From: Pseudomonadota bacterium
GTDB taxonomy: Bacteria > Pseudomonadota > Gammaproteobacteria > Burkholderiales > Nitrosomonadaceae
DNA: 64,000 bases
Direction of reading: 5' to 3'
Assembly (NCBI GenBank): GCA_018240285.1
Contig: JAFEGA010000003.1
Coordinates: 18,097 to 82,096, forward strand
Shown piece by piece: positions 10,896 to 20,440 of this stretch. Within the stretch, counting starts at the first letter, position 1. Each line of letters opens with the position of its first letter. The translations under genes were made by a program, and so were the position numbers. Below the pieces are notes generated by a model, which saw only the letters and a list, made by a program, of their open reading frames with translations, was not told where the DNA came from and did not search any database.

Positions 10896-12314
10896 TCAAT
10901 TCGGTTGGTCTTGAGAAACCATCGCTGTTGCAATATCCTGCTCCAGAAGCTTCAATTTTTCCTTCATCAGCTTACCGATAAATAATTGCGGTTCCGAAGG
11001 TATCAGATTTTCGTGCAGCTCGCGTTGCTTGATTTTCTCCATCGCTTGAACAAAATGCTCAACGAACTGATAGGGTTTGTTTTCCATATTCTTAAACAGC
11101 GCTTCACCAAAATAAGTATATTCATTTTCGTTTGCGCAACCGAAAGAGGTTTTGTCCGATGCAGCCGCGGTAAGAATCAGGCTGTGTTCGTCTTGCAGCG
11201 CCTTGATAAAGCCGCCAGAATAGCACGCTGAAACCAGAATGATACGCCAGCGGATATCGGCATCATCCAAATATGTTTTGATGTCTACAGGACGTATGTA
11301 ATTGAGATCGAGTGGCCACATCTCTACAGCAAGCTCATGATTCATCGATCCATGGCTGGTCAGATAAAGAAATATTACATCTTCGTCCCGATTCATTTTG
11401 CTGCCGATATGCTTCAGCGCAATCCTGAGGTTTGTGGACGATGCCAGCGGTGTCGAATCGAGTGTCTTTAGATTATTGACTAAAGCAACGGAACGTCCCG
11501 ACGTACCCAGACGCTCGTTCACGACCCGCCGCACATGGTCAATTTCCCGCATGAAAACATCTTGTGTGGAATCGGCGCCAAAGCCGACAAAGAACAAATC
11601 GTTAACCCCCGCGATACCCGGTTTGACCGGATCCAGCGCATTGTTCAAAAGCCGGTACTGGTTATAGTACACATATTCCTGATTGACATCGTAGCGGGCA
11701 TCATCGGTATACGCAGCCAGCTCACCGCCGTCGTCATAACCTTCGTTCCAGAAACTGAACGATAAATTGGCCAGCGGATAAGATGCACTCAGCCACAACA
11801 GGGTAATTAAGACAGCTTTAGGTTTATTGCCTTCGAGTAATTGCAATGCAATATAAAAACAAACGGCTAAAGCCCAGGCGATAAAAAGAATATAACCAGC
11901 CGCCAGGAATGTTTCAGGCAGGAAAATCAAAAGAGTAAAAGAAATCAAATAAAAGAAAGGCAAAACACAATAAGTGATCACCAAAATCTTCAGCAAATCG
12001 CCCTGATTGCCAGTTAATTTTGCAAACACAAAACTCATGATCAGAGCAATCAATAATTTGACACCGAGATAGCCCAGTCCTGACAGATCAAAAACAGCGC
12101 TGGATGTGACTGCATACGAAACAACCACTGCCATCAATGCATAAAACCCCAGTAACAGAAAGAATTGATCGTAAGAAACGGTTATTTTTTCGATGGCATT
12201 ACGGCGAAAAGCAAGCAACCGGATTCCGCAATAAAGATTCAGAGACATAATCCGGAATTCTCTAATCAATCCGGATTGTTTCGATTCTTTAGAAATGCTT
12301 GCGTATAAATCCAT
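10896..12314 (-). CDS. Membrane-anchored peptidase C13 (legumain-like) family protein
   Basis: About 5 N-terminal TM segments, then QDVFMRE, LYLTSHGS (His) and VSACYSGGF (Cys), SFGC; the true start may be downstream of 12314. Confidence 0.85.
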   Translation of the reverse strand: MDLYASISKESKQSGLIREFRIMSLNLYCGIRLLAFRRNAIEKITVSYDQFFLLLGFYALMAVVVSYAVTSSAVFDLSGLGYLGVKLLIALIMSFVFAKLTGNQGDLLKILVITYCVLPFFYLISFTLLIFLPETFLAAGYILFIAWALAVCFYIALQLLEGNKPKAVLITLLWLSASYPLANLSFSFWNEGYDDGGELAAYTDDARYDVNQEYVYYNQYRLLNNALDPVKPGIAGVNDLFFVGFGADSTQDVFMREIDHVRRVVNERLGTSGRSVALVNNLKTLDSTPLASSTNLRIALKHIGSKMNRDEDVIFLYLTSHGSMNHELAVEMWPLDLNYIRPVDIKTYLDDADIRWRIILVSACYSGGFIKALQDEHSLILTAAASDKTSFGCANENEYTYFGEALFKNMENKPYQFVEHFVQAMEKIKQRELHENLIPSEPQLFIGKLMKEKLKLLEQDIATAMVSQDQPN

Positions 12315-12617
12315 TCTTTTCTCCAGATTAACGATCAGTTACTACAGCGTATCATGAACGGCATTAATCGATTTGAATACAGTATCGTGACAACAGATTC
12401 TGACTTCTATTAAGTCAATAAAAAAGGAAAAATCGATCCTAACTCAGATAACTTCAGAGAAATAAAGTTTAACAGCAGCATGACATGTTTTATTGAATTG
12501 ACGGTATCAATAGGAGTGCGCTCCTATCAAACCAGATCTTCTAATCAAATTTTCAGGGGATTTATCTCAATCAATCACTGCTAAAAACACAAAAATGCGG
12601 GTAATTTATCGTGTTTC

Positions 12618-12644
12618 TAAAGTTTTTCCGTAGTAGATCGATAC
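12618..12644 (+). promoter_or_regulatory. Candidate sigma-28 (FliA) promoter of cheV
   Basis: TAAAGTTT-N11-ATCGATAC versus consensus TAAAGTTT-N11-GCCGATAA, about 90 bp upstream of cheV. Confidence 0.6.
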
Positions 12645-12731
12645 GATACACTTCTGATATTAATCCTGATTTTATCTTGGGTTAGTCGAAGATCCGAACA
12701 TAACTTACTTATCAATAGCGGGGAATATTAA

Positions 12732-13682
12732 ATGAACACAGCATTGCACGAAATCGATGAGCGCACTAACTTGACTGCCAGCAATAAGTTCGAATTGTTG
12801 TTGTTCAGATTGGGCGAAGCTTCCGGGAACGGTCAGCGGGAATTGTTCGGCATCAATGTTTTCAAGATTCGAGAGATTCTGGTCATGCCAACCATTACCG
12901 CGATCGCCAATGCACCCGATAATGTGATGGGTGTAGCCAACATTCGCGGTCAAGTGATTACCGTCATCAATCTACCTAAGGTTGTCGGTTGTACACCGAA
13001 AAAAGGACTCCCGATTCTATTAGTTACCGAATTTGCGCGTTCGACCCAGGCTTTTGCAATCGAGGAAGTCAATGAAATCATGCGCCTTGAATGGAATCAA
13101 GTTATTGCAGCGGAAGGCAAAGGCGGCAAATTAGTCACTAGCATCGCCAGAATTGACAGCAATGGGGAAGATTCCAGATTAGCGCAAGTGCTCGATGTTG
13201 AACAAATTCTGCGCGATGTTTTGCCTGCACCAATTGACGACATAACGACAGAGAAAATAGGTCCGTCGATAAAACTCCCGGTTGGGAAAGTTATTCTGGC
13301 AGCTGATGATTCACCACTTGCGCGCGGTATGATCGAAAATGAACTCAAAGCGTTAAATATTCCATTTATCATGACAAAAACCGGACTGGAAGCTTGGAAT
13401 CGCATTCAATCCCTGTCGGATGCCGCCACCGCCGAAGGCAAAACTATTCAGGATAAAGTTGCATTAGTGCTGACCGACTTGGAAATGCCGGAAATGGATG
13501 GCTTCACGCTCACACGCAACATTAAAAACGATCAGCGATTCAAATCGATCCCGGTTGTGATTCATTCCTCTTTAACGGGCGAGGCCAATGAAAAGCACGT
13601 CAAATCGGTAGGCGCAGATGCTTACATCGCCAAATTTGTCGCGGAAGAACTGGCCGAAACCATTCGCAAGGCGTTGGCTTAG
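12732..13682 (+). CDS. cheV: Chemotaxis protein CheV (CheW + receiver)
   Basis: FGINVFKIRE CheW domain; ADDS...LTDLEMPEMDGF...HSSL...KF receiver domain. Confidence 0.95.
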   Translation: MNTALHEIDERTNLTASNKFELLLFRLGEASGNGQRELFGINVFKIREILVMPTITAIANAPDNVMGVANIRGQVITVINLPKVVGCTPKKGLPILLVTEFARSTQAFAIEEVNEIMRLEWNQVIAAEGKGGKLVTSIARIDSNGEDSRLAQVLDVEQILRDVLPAPIDDITTEKIGPSIKLPVGKVILAADDSPLARGMIENELKALNIPFIMTKTGLEAWNRIQSLSDAATAEGKTIQDKVALVLTDLEMPEMDGFTLTRNIKNDQRFKSIPVVIHSSLTGEANEKHVKSVGADAYIAKFVAEELAETIRKALA

Positions 13683-13713
13683 TGATTGCTGCGGCCGGTA
13701 TAGACCCCGGCTA

Positions 13714-14394
13714 TCATTTTTCTGCCAGGAAATGTTCGACCATGGCTTGTTTATAATCGATCTGGCCAAACGAAATATCCTTTAACTCACCCTTCCGGTC
13801 GAACAAAATACAGGACGGCGTTCCCTGTAGTGCAAAACGCTCAAAAGTTTCCGCGCGCATCGATTTCTGCTCCATGTAATGCCGGACTTGCTGCAGCACG
13901 GTTTGTTTTTGCTCGGTGCTGAATTTGTCGAAATCGGGCAGAAATTTTTGCGCATACTGCAGTACACGTTCATTGGTAACCGGTTCGGTTTCCGCCACAA
14001 CGCGATCCATCCCCACGGCAAACGGTATTTTCCACGGCAACTTGCCTTCCCGCAGCAGGTTATACTGACTGAGCGCCTTATAAGTTTCACCGATCACTTC
14101 ACCGGTAGCTACCAGCTTCTGCAAGTTTTCCAGCGTATTTTTATCGTAATCCTCGAATGCGGTGGCCAGACCGATCACAACCAGTCCTTGCTGATGATAG
14201 CGTTCATGCAAGTCAACCGCTCTGGGTAGCGAATAAATGAAACAACCGGGACAGTTCACCTGAAAAACCTCGATCAATACAACCGAACCGATCAAATCGT
14301 TTAATGAAGATAAATCGCCTTGTACCCAAGTAGCCACCGTAATATCGGAAAGTGAGTGATGAATCATAGTCAATATAATAATTAGAATCAGCAA
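13714..14394 (-). CDS. Thioredoxin-fold redoxin (TlpA/AhpC-TSA-like) with long insertion
   Basis: EVFQVNCPGC CxxC motif, VIGLATAFE and LQGTPS (cis-Pro) segments; start may be ATG 14367. Confidence 0.75.
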   Translation of the reverse strand: MLILIIILTMIHHSLSDITVATWVQGDLSSLNDLIGSVVLIEVFQVNCPGCFIYSLPRAVDLHERYHQQGLVVIGLATAFEDYDKNTLENLQKLVATGEVIGETYKALSQYNLLREGKLPWKIPFAVGMDRVVAETEPVTNERVLQYAQKFLPDFDKFSTEQKQTVLQQVRHYMEQKSMRAETFERFALQGTPSCILFDRKGELKDISFGQIDYKQAMVEHFLAEK

Positions 14395-14444
14395 AAAACT
14401 TTAGAATATTACATAAGCTATGAGTTGCCGTGTAGAATTTTTAT

Positions 14445-14594
14445 CGACCTTGCCCCGATAATTCGTACATCTTAATGCGCTTATCATGTGGTCTTTTTCA
14501 ACTGTGCCACAAGCCAGTTTTGCTCAAACTTCATTGGACTGATGTAATTCAGTGTTGAATGCAATCTTCTGTGGTTGTAGTAGTTAAGCCAATC
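14445..14594 (-). mobile_element. IS3-family remnant: transposase C-terminus and right end
   Basis: The minus strand 14594-14484 reads DWLNYYNHRRLHSTLNYISPMKFEQNW...stop (IS3 OrfB C-terminal motif); end sequence CGACCTTGCCCC at 14445 resembles IS3-type termini; cut off exactly at the next IS. Confidence 0.8.
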
Positions 14595-15285
<691 letters not shown>

Positions 15286-15326
15286 TAGCGGTTCGCTAGA
15301 TCTCCGGCAATGGGGGGAAGTTTGGT

Positions 15327-15360
15327 AAAAATATGCTGCCGCATGCGGCGGCATATTTTT
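15327..15360. terminator. 34-bp near-perfect palindrome (bidirectional terminator-like)
   Basis: AAAAATATGCTGCCGCA/TGCGGCGGCATATTTTT, one G-U pair, A and T tracts at the ends. Confidence 0.7.
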
Positions 15361-15466
15361 GTACCGTGAGCTGCCATGCGCTCATCGGCAAAAATGACTT
15401 GTGGCAATTTTGTGCTACAACCGAGGCTTTTGGAGACCAACCGAGACTAATCGGTCATTTCTGGGG

Positions 15467-15486
15467 GAAGGCGGGATTCGAACCCG
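15467..15486 (-). repeat. att repeat: displaced 3' part of tRNA-Ser
   Basis: GAAGGCGGGATTCGAACCCG, identical to 21870-21889 within tRNA-Ser, with degenerate similarity extending either side. Confidence 0.9.
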
Positions 15487-15591
15487 TGGCAATATTTGAT
15501 ATATCAATCATTTATTGTTTTCCTTTGCTATTTTTGTGTCATTTAAAATTATTCTATAGCAGCGTCCAATAAGCACGAATTGAATGGCGAA

Positions 15592-16467
15592 TTAGACACT
15601 TCTCTGCTTAATAACGTTTACTAACTTTCTTGCTAATTCTTCAATGCCTAAGGATGAGCTTAGACTGACTTTGTCTGCCAATCTAGGGCTGTATTCATAC
15701 ACGTCATTAACATTAACGTTGTGCCAGATTGGAAGTATCACATTTGACTTTTTAAGTATTTCCCTTGTAAAGACAGAATCAAATTCTGCTTTACCCCAAC
15801 CCTCGTTGGATAGGAAGTTTGGAGACAAAATAACGATACATTTCTGAGTTTCTTTCAAGCCCTTCTCGATGCTAGCCCGGAGGCTGTCGCCAACTCTTAA
15901 AGAATACTCATCATACCAGACAGGACACATGAGTTTTGACATTTCAAGAGCAAGTTCGCGAGCTAGTGCGTCCTTGTCTCGAGAGTCATGGGAGATGAAA
16001 GCTAATGGCTTTTCAAGCTCAGATCTTATCATGGCATATTCCTTATCTCTTACCAAAACATAAAAACCATGAGCTGCTCCAAGTTCAGTGATGTGCTTTC
16101 TGTCCGCCTGATTTAAGCAGTGGTCAACATAAAAGTTAATTCGCTTGGTAAATAAAAGTGTTTCAGAGCTGGCTCTTTCAGAATAAGAAGGAAATCCACT
16201 TTCTATGCGGGTAGTATCACCCTCTGAGGTTAATACGCATTTATTGGTTTCTTGCAAAGAGAATATTACATTGGCGTATCCAAGAATATCTTCTATACCC
16301 TCTGATAGAAAAAAAGACCAGTACTTTGCATTTGCATCGAAATCTTTAGAGATTCTTGCCAGAATAGATTGATGCTGCGTTCCAGATTGGTCAATCACTT
16401 GCCAATTTTTATGCAGAGAGAAGCACTTGTTCAAATCTGTATCAAAATATTCTCTTAGTGTCGCCAT
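15592..16467 (-). CDS. TIR-domain protein with unrecognised ~150-aa N-terminal domain
   Basis: C-terminal AFISHDSRDK, VWYDEYSLRVGDSL, IVILSPNF, WGKAEF (catalytic Glu) and ILPIWH; likely start is ATG 16467 (ORF from 16491). Confidence 0.9.
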   Translation of the reverse strand: MATLREYFDTDLNKCFSLHKNWQVIDQSGTQHQSILARISKDFDANAKYWSFFLSEGIEDILGYANVIFSLQETNKCVLTSEGDTTRIESGFPSYSERASSETLLFTKRINFYVDHCLNQADRKHITELGAAHGFYVLVRDKEYAMIRSELEKPLAFISHDSRDKDALARELALEMSKLMCPVWYDEYSLRVGDSLRASIEKGLKETQKCIVILSPNFLSNEGWGKAEFDSVFTREILKKSNVILPIWHNVNVNDVYEYSPRLADKVSLSSSLGIEELARKLVNVIKQRSV

Positions 16468-16539
16468 ATGATTTCTCTGCAAAAGTGGCATACTTGAACC
16501 GCTGGCTATGAATGAAGGTGAATCCCTTGCAACTCATTG

Positions 16540-16983
16540 TTATGCCTTTTTTACAACAAACAGAAACGGCTTGATGCCGGTGACCATGGATTCATTCAAC
16601 TGCGTAAGGATATTCTCTACCTTTGCAGCTTCTTCTAGCTTAAAATCGATAGGCAACTTAATAGCTTGTTTTGCAATATCTTGTACTGCTTTTATAGATG
16701 CGATTTTATTGTTAAAATTCTTTTTGTCGTGCTTTTTTTCCTCATCATTCCATGACACCTGCATGTTCTTTGCGTTTAAGTGCTTCGCGCGAGCAACATG
16801 TACATGGCGTTGCTGCTTTAATGCGGGATCTTCAGCATCTACCCGTAGCATCCAATCCTTTTTTCTAGATGATACCCATCGCCCTTCATTGATGAGCACA
16901 TTTCCTGGGATCAGCTCCTGTGACACCTGCAGAATGAAGTAATCGATTCCTTCTTCACTCCGAAATTCTTTAAACGACCGCAC
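16540..16983 (-). CDS. Hypothetical 147-aa protein with RHVH...SWN...HD motif
   Basis: GTG start with AAGGAG SD 5 nt upstream and TATAAT at 17013-17018; intact; co-oriented with and 72 bp from the TIR gene. Confidence 0.8.
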   Translation of the reverse strand: MRSFKEFRSEEGIDYFILQVSQELIPGNVLINEGRWVSSRKKDWMLRVDAEDPALKQQRHVHVARAKHLNAKNMQVSWNDEEKKHDKKNFNNKIASIKAVQDIAKQAIKLPIDFKLEEAAKVENILTQLNESMVTGIKPFLFVVKKA

Positions 16984-17131
16984 GATTTCTCCTTGTTCGG
17001 CATAATAAGTAATTATACAGATCCAGTATCGGTGAATCGGTGTCAGATCTAGAATGAAGAATTATCCATTTTTATCAAGTGGAAAGGAGTAATCATAGGG
17101 TGCAGACTCGATTGATATTAGCCAGTGTTAT

Positions 17132-17506
17132 TTAAACATTATTTATTTGATTGGATTGTTTAATCAAAGACTCAGCAGGAATACCAAGTTCATGATGTAG
17201 TTTCCAGATCATTTTGAGTGTCAGAGAGCGTTTGCGATTTAATACTTCATACACACGGTTACTTTTCCCGATCATTGGTTCAAGGTCTTTGACTGTTAAG
17301 CCTTTCTGCTCCATTTCAAATTTAATCGCTTCGACGGGATCGGGGAGGTCAAGTGGAAAGTGCTTATACTCATAGGCTTCGATCAGCGTTACCAGAATAT
17401 CCAGTTTTTCACCTTCCGGTGTGTTGGGTTCGGCCGTCATGAGCGATTCCGCTTCTTTTAGTGCTGCGCGATAATCGGCATCAGTTTTGATAGGTTTGAT
17501 ATTCAT
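17132..17506 (-). CDS. higA: HigA-type antitoxin (HTH Xre)
   Basis: IKPIKTDADYRAAL...LVTLIEAYE..HFP...DPVEAIKFEMEQ...VYEVLNRKRSLTLKMI; start ATG 17506. Confidence 0.9.
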   Translation of the reverse strand: MNIKPIKTDADYRAALKEAESLMTAEPNTPEGEKLDILVTLIEAYEYKHFPLDLPDPVEAIKFEMEQKGLTVKDLEPMIGKSNRVYEVLNRKRSLTLKMIWKLHHELGIPAESLIKQSNQINNV

Positions 17507-17523
17507 GTTAGGTGTTCCTAGTG

Positions 17524-17826
17524 CTAAATCGTTTGTGTATCGATTTGATCGTATTGGGCATGTGTTCCGATGAAACGGATATAAACGATGCTGTAAGCGT
17601 AGTTGATCCATACTACTAGCCGGTATTTATTACCGGCAATATTGAATACGACTCTGGCGTCTTTCAGGATGCTGGCATTTTTGAAATCCGCCTTGACTTC
17701 CACGGGTGTTGCCCAGTTAGCCTTTAATGTATGTCTGTACCAAGCGAGTGTAGGCTGAATTGCATCGGCGTAAGACGAATCATCTTTCCAGAATGCCTTC
17801 AAGGTAGACAGAGCAATAATTCTCAT
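17524..17826 (-). CDS. higB: HigB-type toxin (RelE-like mRNA interferase)
   Basis: MRIIALSTLKAFW...W.TPVEVKADF..AS...RVVFNIAGNKYRL...FIGTHAQYD; upstream of higA. Confidence 0.92.
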   Translation of the reverse strand: MRIIALSTLKAFWKDDSSYADAIQPTLAWYRHTLKANWATPVEVKADFKNASILKDARVVFNIAGNKYRLVVWINYAYSIVYIRFIGTHAQYDQIDTQTI

Positions 17827-17833
17827 AGGTGAG

Positions 17834-17862
17834 ATATTAGTCCCGTTTTGGGACTTTCACAA
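17834..17862 (-). promoter_or_regulatory. higBA sigma-70 promoter with palindromic operator in the spacer
   Basis: Minus strand TTGTGA-17 nt-TAATAT; spacer contains AGTCCC-N5-GGGACT (17839-17855); ATG lies 7 nt after the -10. Confidence 0.75.
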
Positions 17863-18705
17863 CTATTTTGATGAAGGAATCCATCGCCCATACACTTTGA
17901 TGATCATTCCCCAGTCTTTATGCCCCATTTGCTTGGCAACATCCATGTAGTGTGCCCCCCTTGAGAGCATAGTCGACGCGAAGGTGTGTCGGGTTTGATA
18001 TGGGTTGCAGTAGCTGATGTTGGCTTGATTCAGTGCCGGAATCCAGACTTTCTTGTGGATCGGTTGATCGTTTCTCCATGGCTGATGGGTATCCGGGTCG
18101 TGAAAAACAGTTTCATTCTGTTTTTTTGTGAAAGCCTGCTGATTGAGCAGCGCTTCTCTGGCTTGCGGCTGTAATGTGACTTCCCGTTTCCCCGATTTGG
18201 TTTTGGTGTCTTTCAGCTGTCCGCGAACGTAAGCGCTGCTAACAAATATCCGGTTGTTTTCAAAGTCTACATCCTGCCAGAGAAGCGCGATTAGTTCGGA
18301 AGTCCTGAGACTTGAATAAAAGGCGAACTGAATCAGGTTTTTTGCCTGGCCGGTCAGTTCGTTCAAGATTTTTGTTACTTCCTCTTGTGTGAACGGCTCA
18401 GGTTCGCGGGTTTCTTTGGGCAGATTCTTAACTCTTATTAGCGGGTTTTTATCGATGATTTCATCATGGCATAGCTCATCGAACATTTGGCGCAGTGGAA
18501 TAAGGATGTTGCCTTTGCGCTTGTTGGAACAAGGGAGTTCCGACAGCCATTCCTTGATTCTACTTGCAGTCAGTTCGGCAATAGGCAGATCGCCAAAAGT
18601 GGGGATCAAGTGATAATAAATCGCGCTGTTGTAGTCTTGTAGCGTGCCTTTCTGCTGTTTGGCTTGGTTGCGTTGCAGCCAGCTTATTATTGCTTCTTTA
18701 ATCGT
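17863..18705 (-). pseudogene. Tyrosine integrase, N-terminally truncated
   Basis: LRTSELIAL, LKDTKTKSG, NPYQTRHTFAS and QMGH catalytic motifs; the frame stays open upstream (…WLQRNQ…LQDYNSAIYYHLIP) but has no Arm domain or start. Confidence 0.85.
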
Positions 18706-18892
18706 GTAGCGATCAGGGCGGAACGATCTGGCACATCCGCAGACCGGAAAACCCGTTTGCGACTAAATCGGAACACGAGAGCGAAATCCCGCTGATACCG
18801 CAAGATGGCGATCAATTTATCATCAACGACGGAGACATCGAGCAACTTTTTGAAACCGTCAGCAACCTGATGCAACGCATCGAGGAGGTGGC

Positions 18893-19057
18893 ATGATTCC
18901 ATTCGACGCAAAAAACTACAGAGCGCAACGCAATTTCAGCGTATCAGGATGGTCGGTTATCGGCATTGTTTCACTGGTGATTCTGCTTGCGTGGATGGGT
19001 GAGCGGGACCGTGAAGCGCAGGTTAATCGGGTGCAGGAAGCTGCGCAGTGCAGGTGA
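18893..19057 (+). CDS. Small phage-type membrane protein (54 aa)
   Basis: ATG after GGAGG; MIPFDAKNY...VIGIVSLVILLAWMG single TM segment; ends 3 bp before ssb. Confidence 0.45.
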   Translation: MIPFDAKNYRAQRNFSVSGWSVIGIVSLVILLAWMGERDREAQVNRVQEAAQCR

Positions 19058-19060
19058 CCA

Positions 19061-19492
19061 ATGGCATCAGTCAATAAAGTAATCCTCATCGGCAACTTGA
19101 GTAAAGACCCGGAAACTCGTTATATGTCGAATGGTGATGCTGTTACCAATATCACATTGGCAACGACTGATACCTGGAAAGACAAGAACGGTGAGAAGCA
19201 GGAAAAAACCGAGTGACACCGCGTTACTTTTTATCGAAAACTTGCTGAAATTGCAGGTGAGTACCTAAAAAAGGCCGTTCTGTTTATATCGAAGGCAGGC
19301 TTGAAACTCGCAAATGGACAGACAAGCAAGGCATTGAGCGCTACCATAGATATCATAGCAACCGACATGAAAATGCTTGGCAGCAAACCGCAAGGCCAGT
19401 AATCAGAAAGCAATCCCACCACTCCAAAAGCTGGCGCAAGCGGCGGTAATGATAGCGGGTTTGATGATATGGATGATGATATTCCGTTCTGA
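19061..19492 (+). pseudogene. ssb: Single-stranded DNA-binding protein, disrupted
   Basis: [17 protein letters not shown]...KTE*HRV...; premature TGA, frameshifts, and C-terminal DDMDDDIPF. Confidence 0.92.
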
Positions 19493-19530
19493 ATGAAATT
19501 CAACTTGGTTTTATTTTTTGGAGGTGATAT

Positions 19531-19731
19531 ATGCAAATAGACGTAGATAAATTAAGTAATTTAATAAACGAATTATCAGTAGATTGCGTAAATCATTGCG
19601 TCGAATCATCAGTCTTTTTAGGTGAAATTGATGATAACGTGATCAGACTTACGATTATAAATAAAGGAGAAGCTATCGAAGAACACGATTTCACTGGAGT
19701 TATTGACGGATTTAAGTGCGTGAGCGAATGA
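19531..19731 (+). CDS. Hypothetical phage protein (66 aa)
   Basis: GGAGG SD, ATG, intact short ORF overlapping the next start (ATGA); no recognisable family. Confidence 0.5.
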   Translation: MQIDVDKLSNLINELSVDCVNHCVESSVFLGEIDDNVIRLTIINKGEAIEEHDFTGVIDGFKCVSE

Positions 19732-20440
19732 CTCTAATAGAAACAACTAAAAACGCCAGACGTAACGAATTTAGGGATGTCGCAAGGTATAAGAAGCAGA
19801 AAAAATCACAAGGGATTGCGAAACACCGCTCTACTCTCAAATTCATGACAAGTATCTATTAGATAAAGATGAAATAATTGAAGATGTTCGTATTGACGTG
19901 GAAACATTATGTACCATAGCAATAGAGCTGATAAAGCATGCAGCGCCAGGCGTAGTCCGTGAAGCAGGTAGGATTATTGAGATTAGATCGTATAAGGATA
20001 GGATGAAATGAGTTTTTTCGAATGGCCGTGTGAACTGGTTTTCAGTGTTTGTACCTTTTTAGTAACGACAAAGGCTTTATTGGCATTCATTCTTTGCGTT
20101 ATCGCGGTCGGGATGATTTTCATAGTAATAAAAGAAATAATCAAGGATTTGAGGAAATAATCGAAGCTTGTGCTCATATTGGAATATCAAAAAGCTACTT
20201 ATGAGGAGGATGCCAGCCGACATTGGGCGTTCTGCTGAAGATACTGAAGCACTACGCAATATCTATTGATGAGATTGACGATGATATTACCTAATTTAAC
20301 CAAGCAGAAGATATGTACGATGTTTTGAAACAGCTTGTTTCTTGGTGCGATGAGAATAAATCAGGAGATAGCTTGTATTTCGTAAAACGGGCGCGCGAAG
20401 TGTTGGCAAAAATCGAATCAACAGAAAAGCACAGCAATCA

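Noticed and set aside
15301-15325. Possible right inverted repeat of the IS3 element (TCTCCGGCAATGGGGGG)
   Set aside because: Only about half the positions match the left end and the terminal CA is missing; it could be chance.
15592-16983. Calling the TIR operon Thoeris
   Set aside because: There is no ThsA-type effector (SIR2-SLOG or TM-macro) in or near the island, and the TIR has a long extra N-terminal domain.
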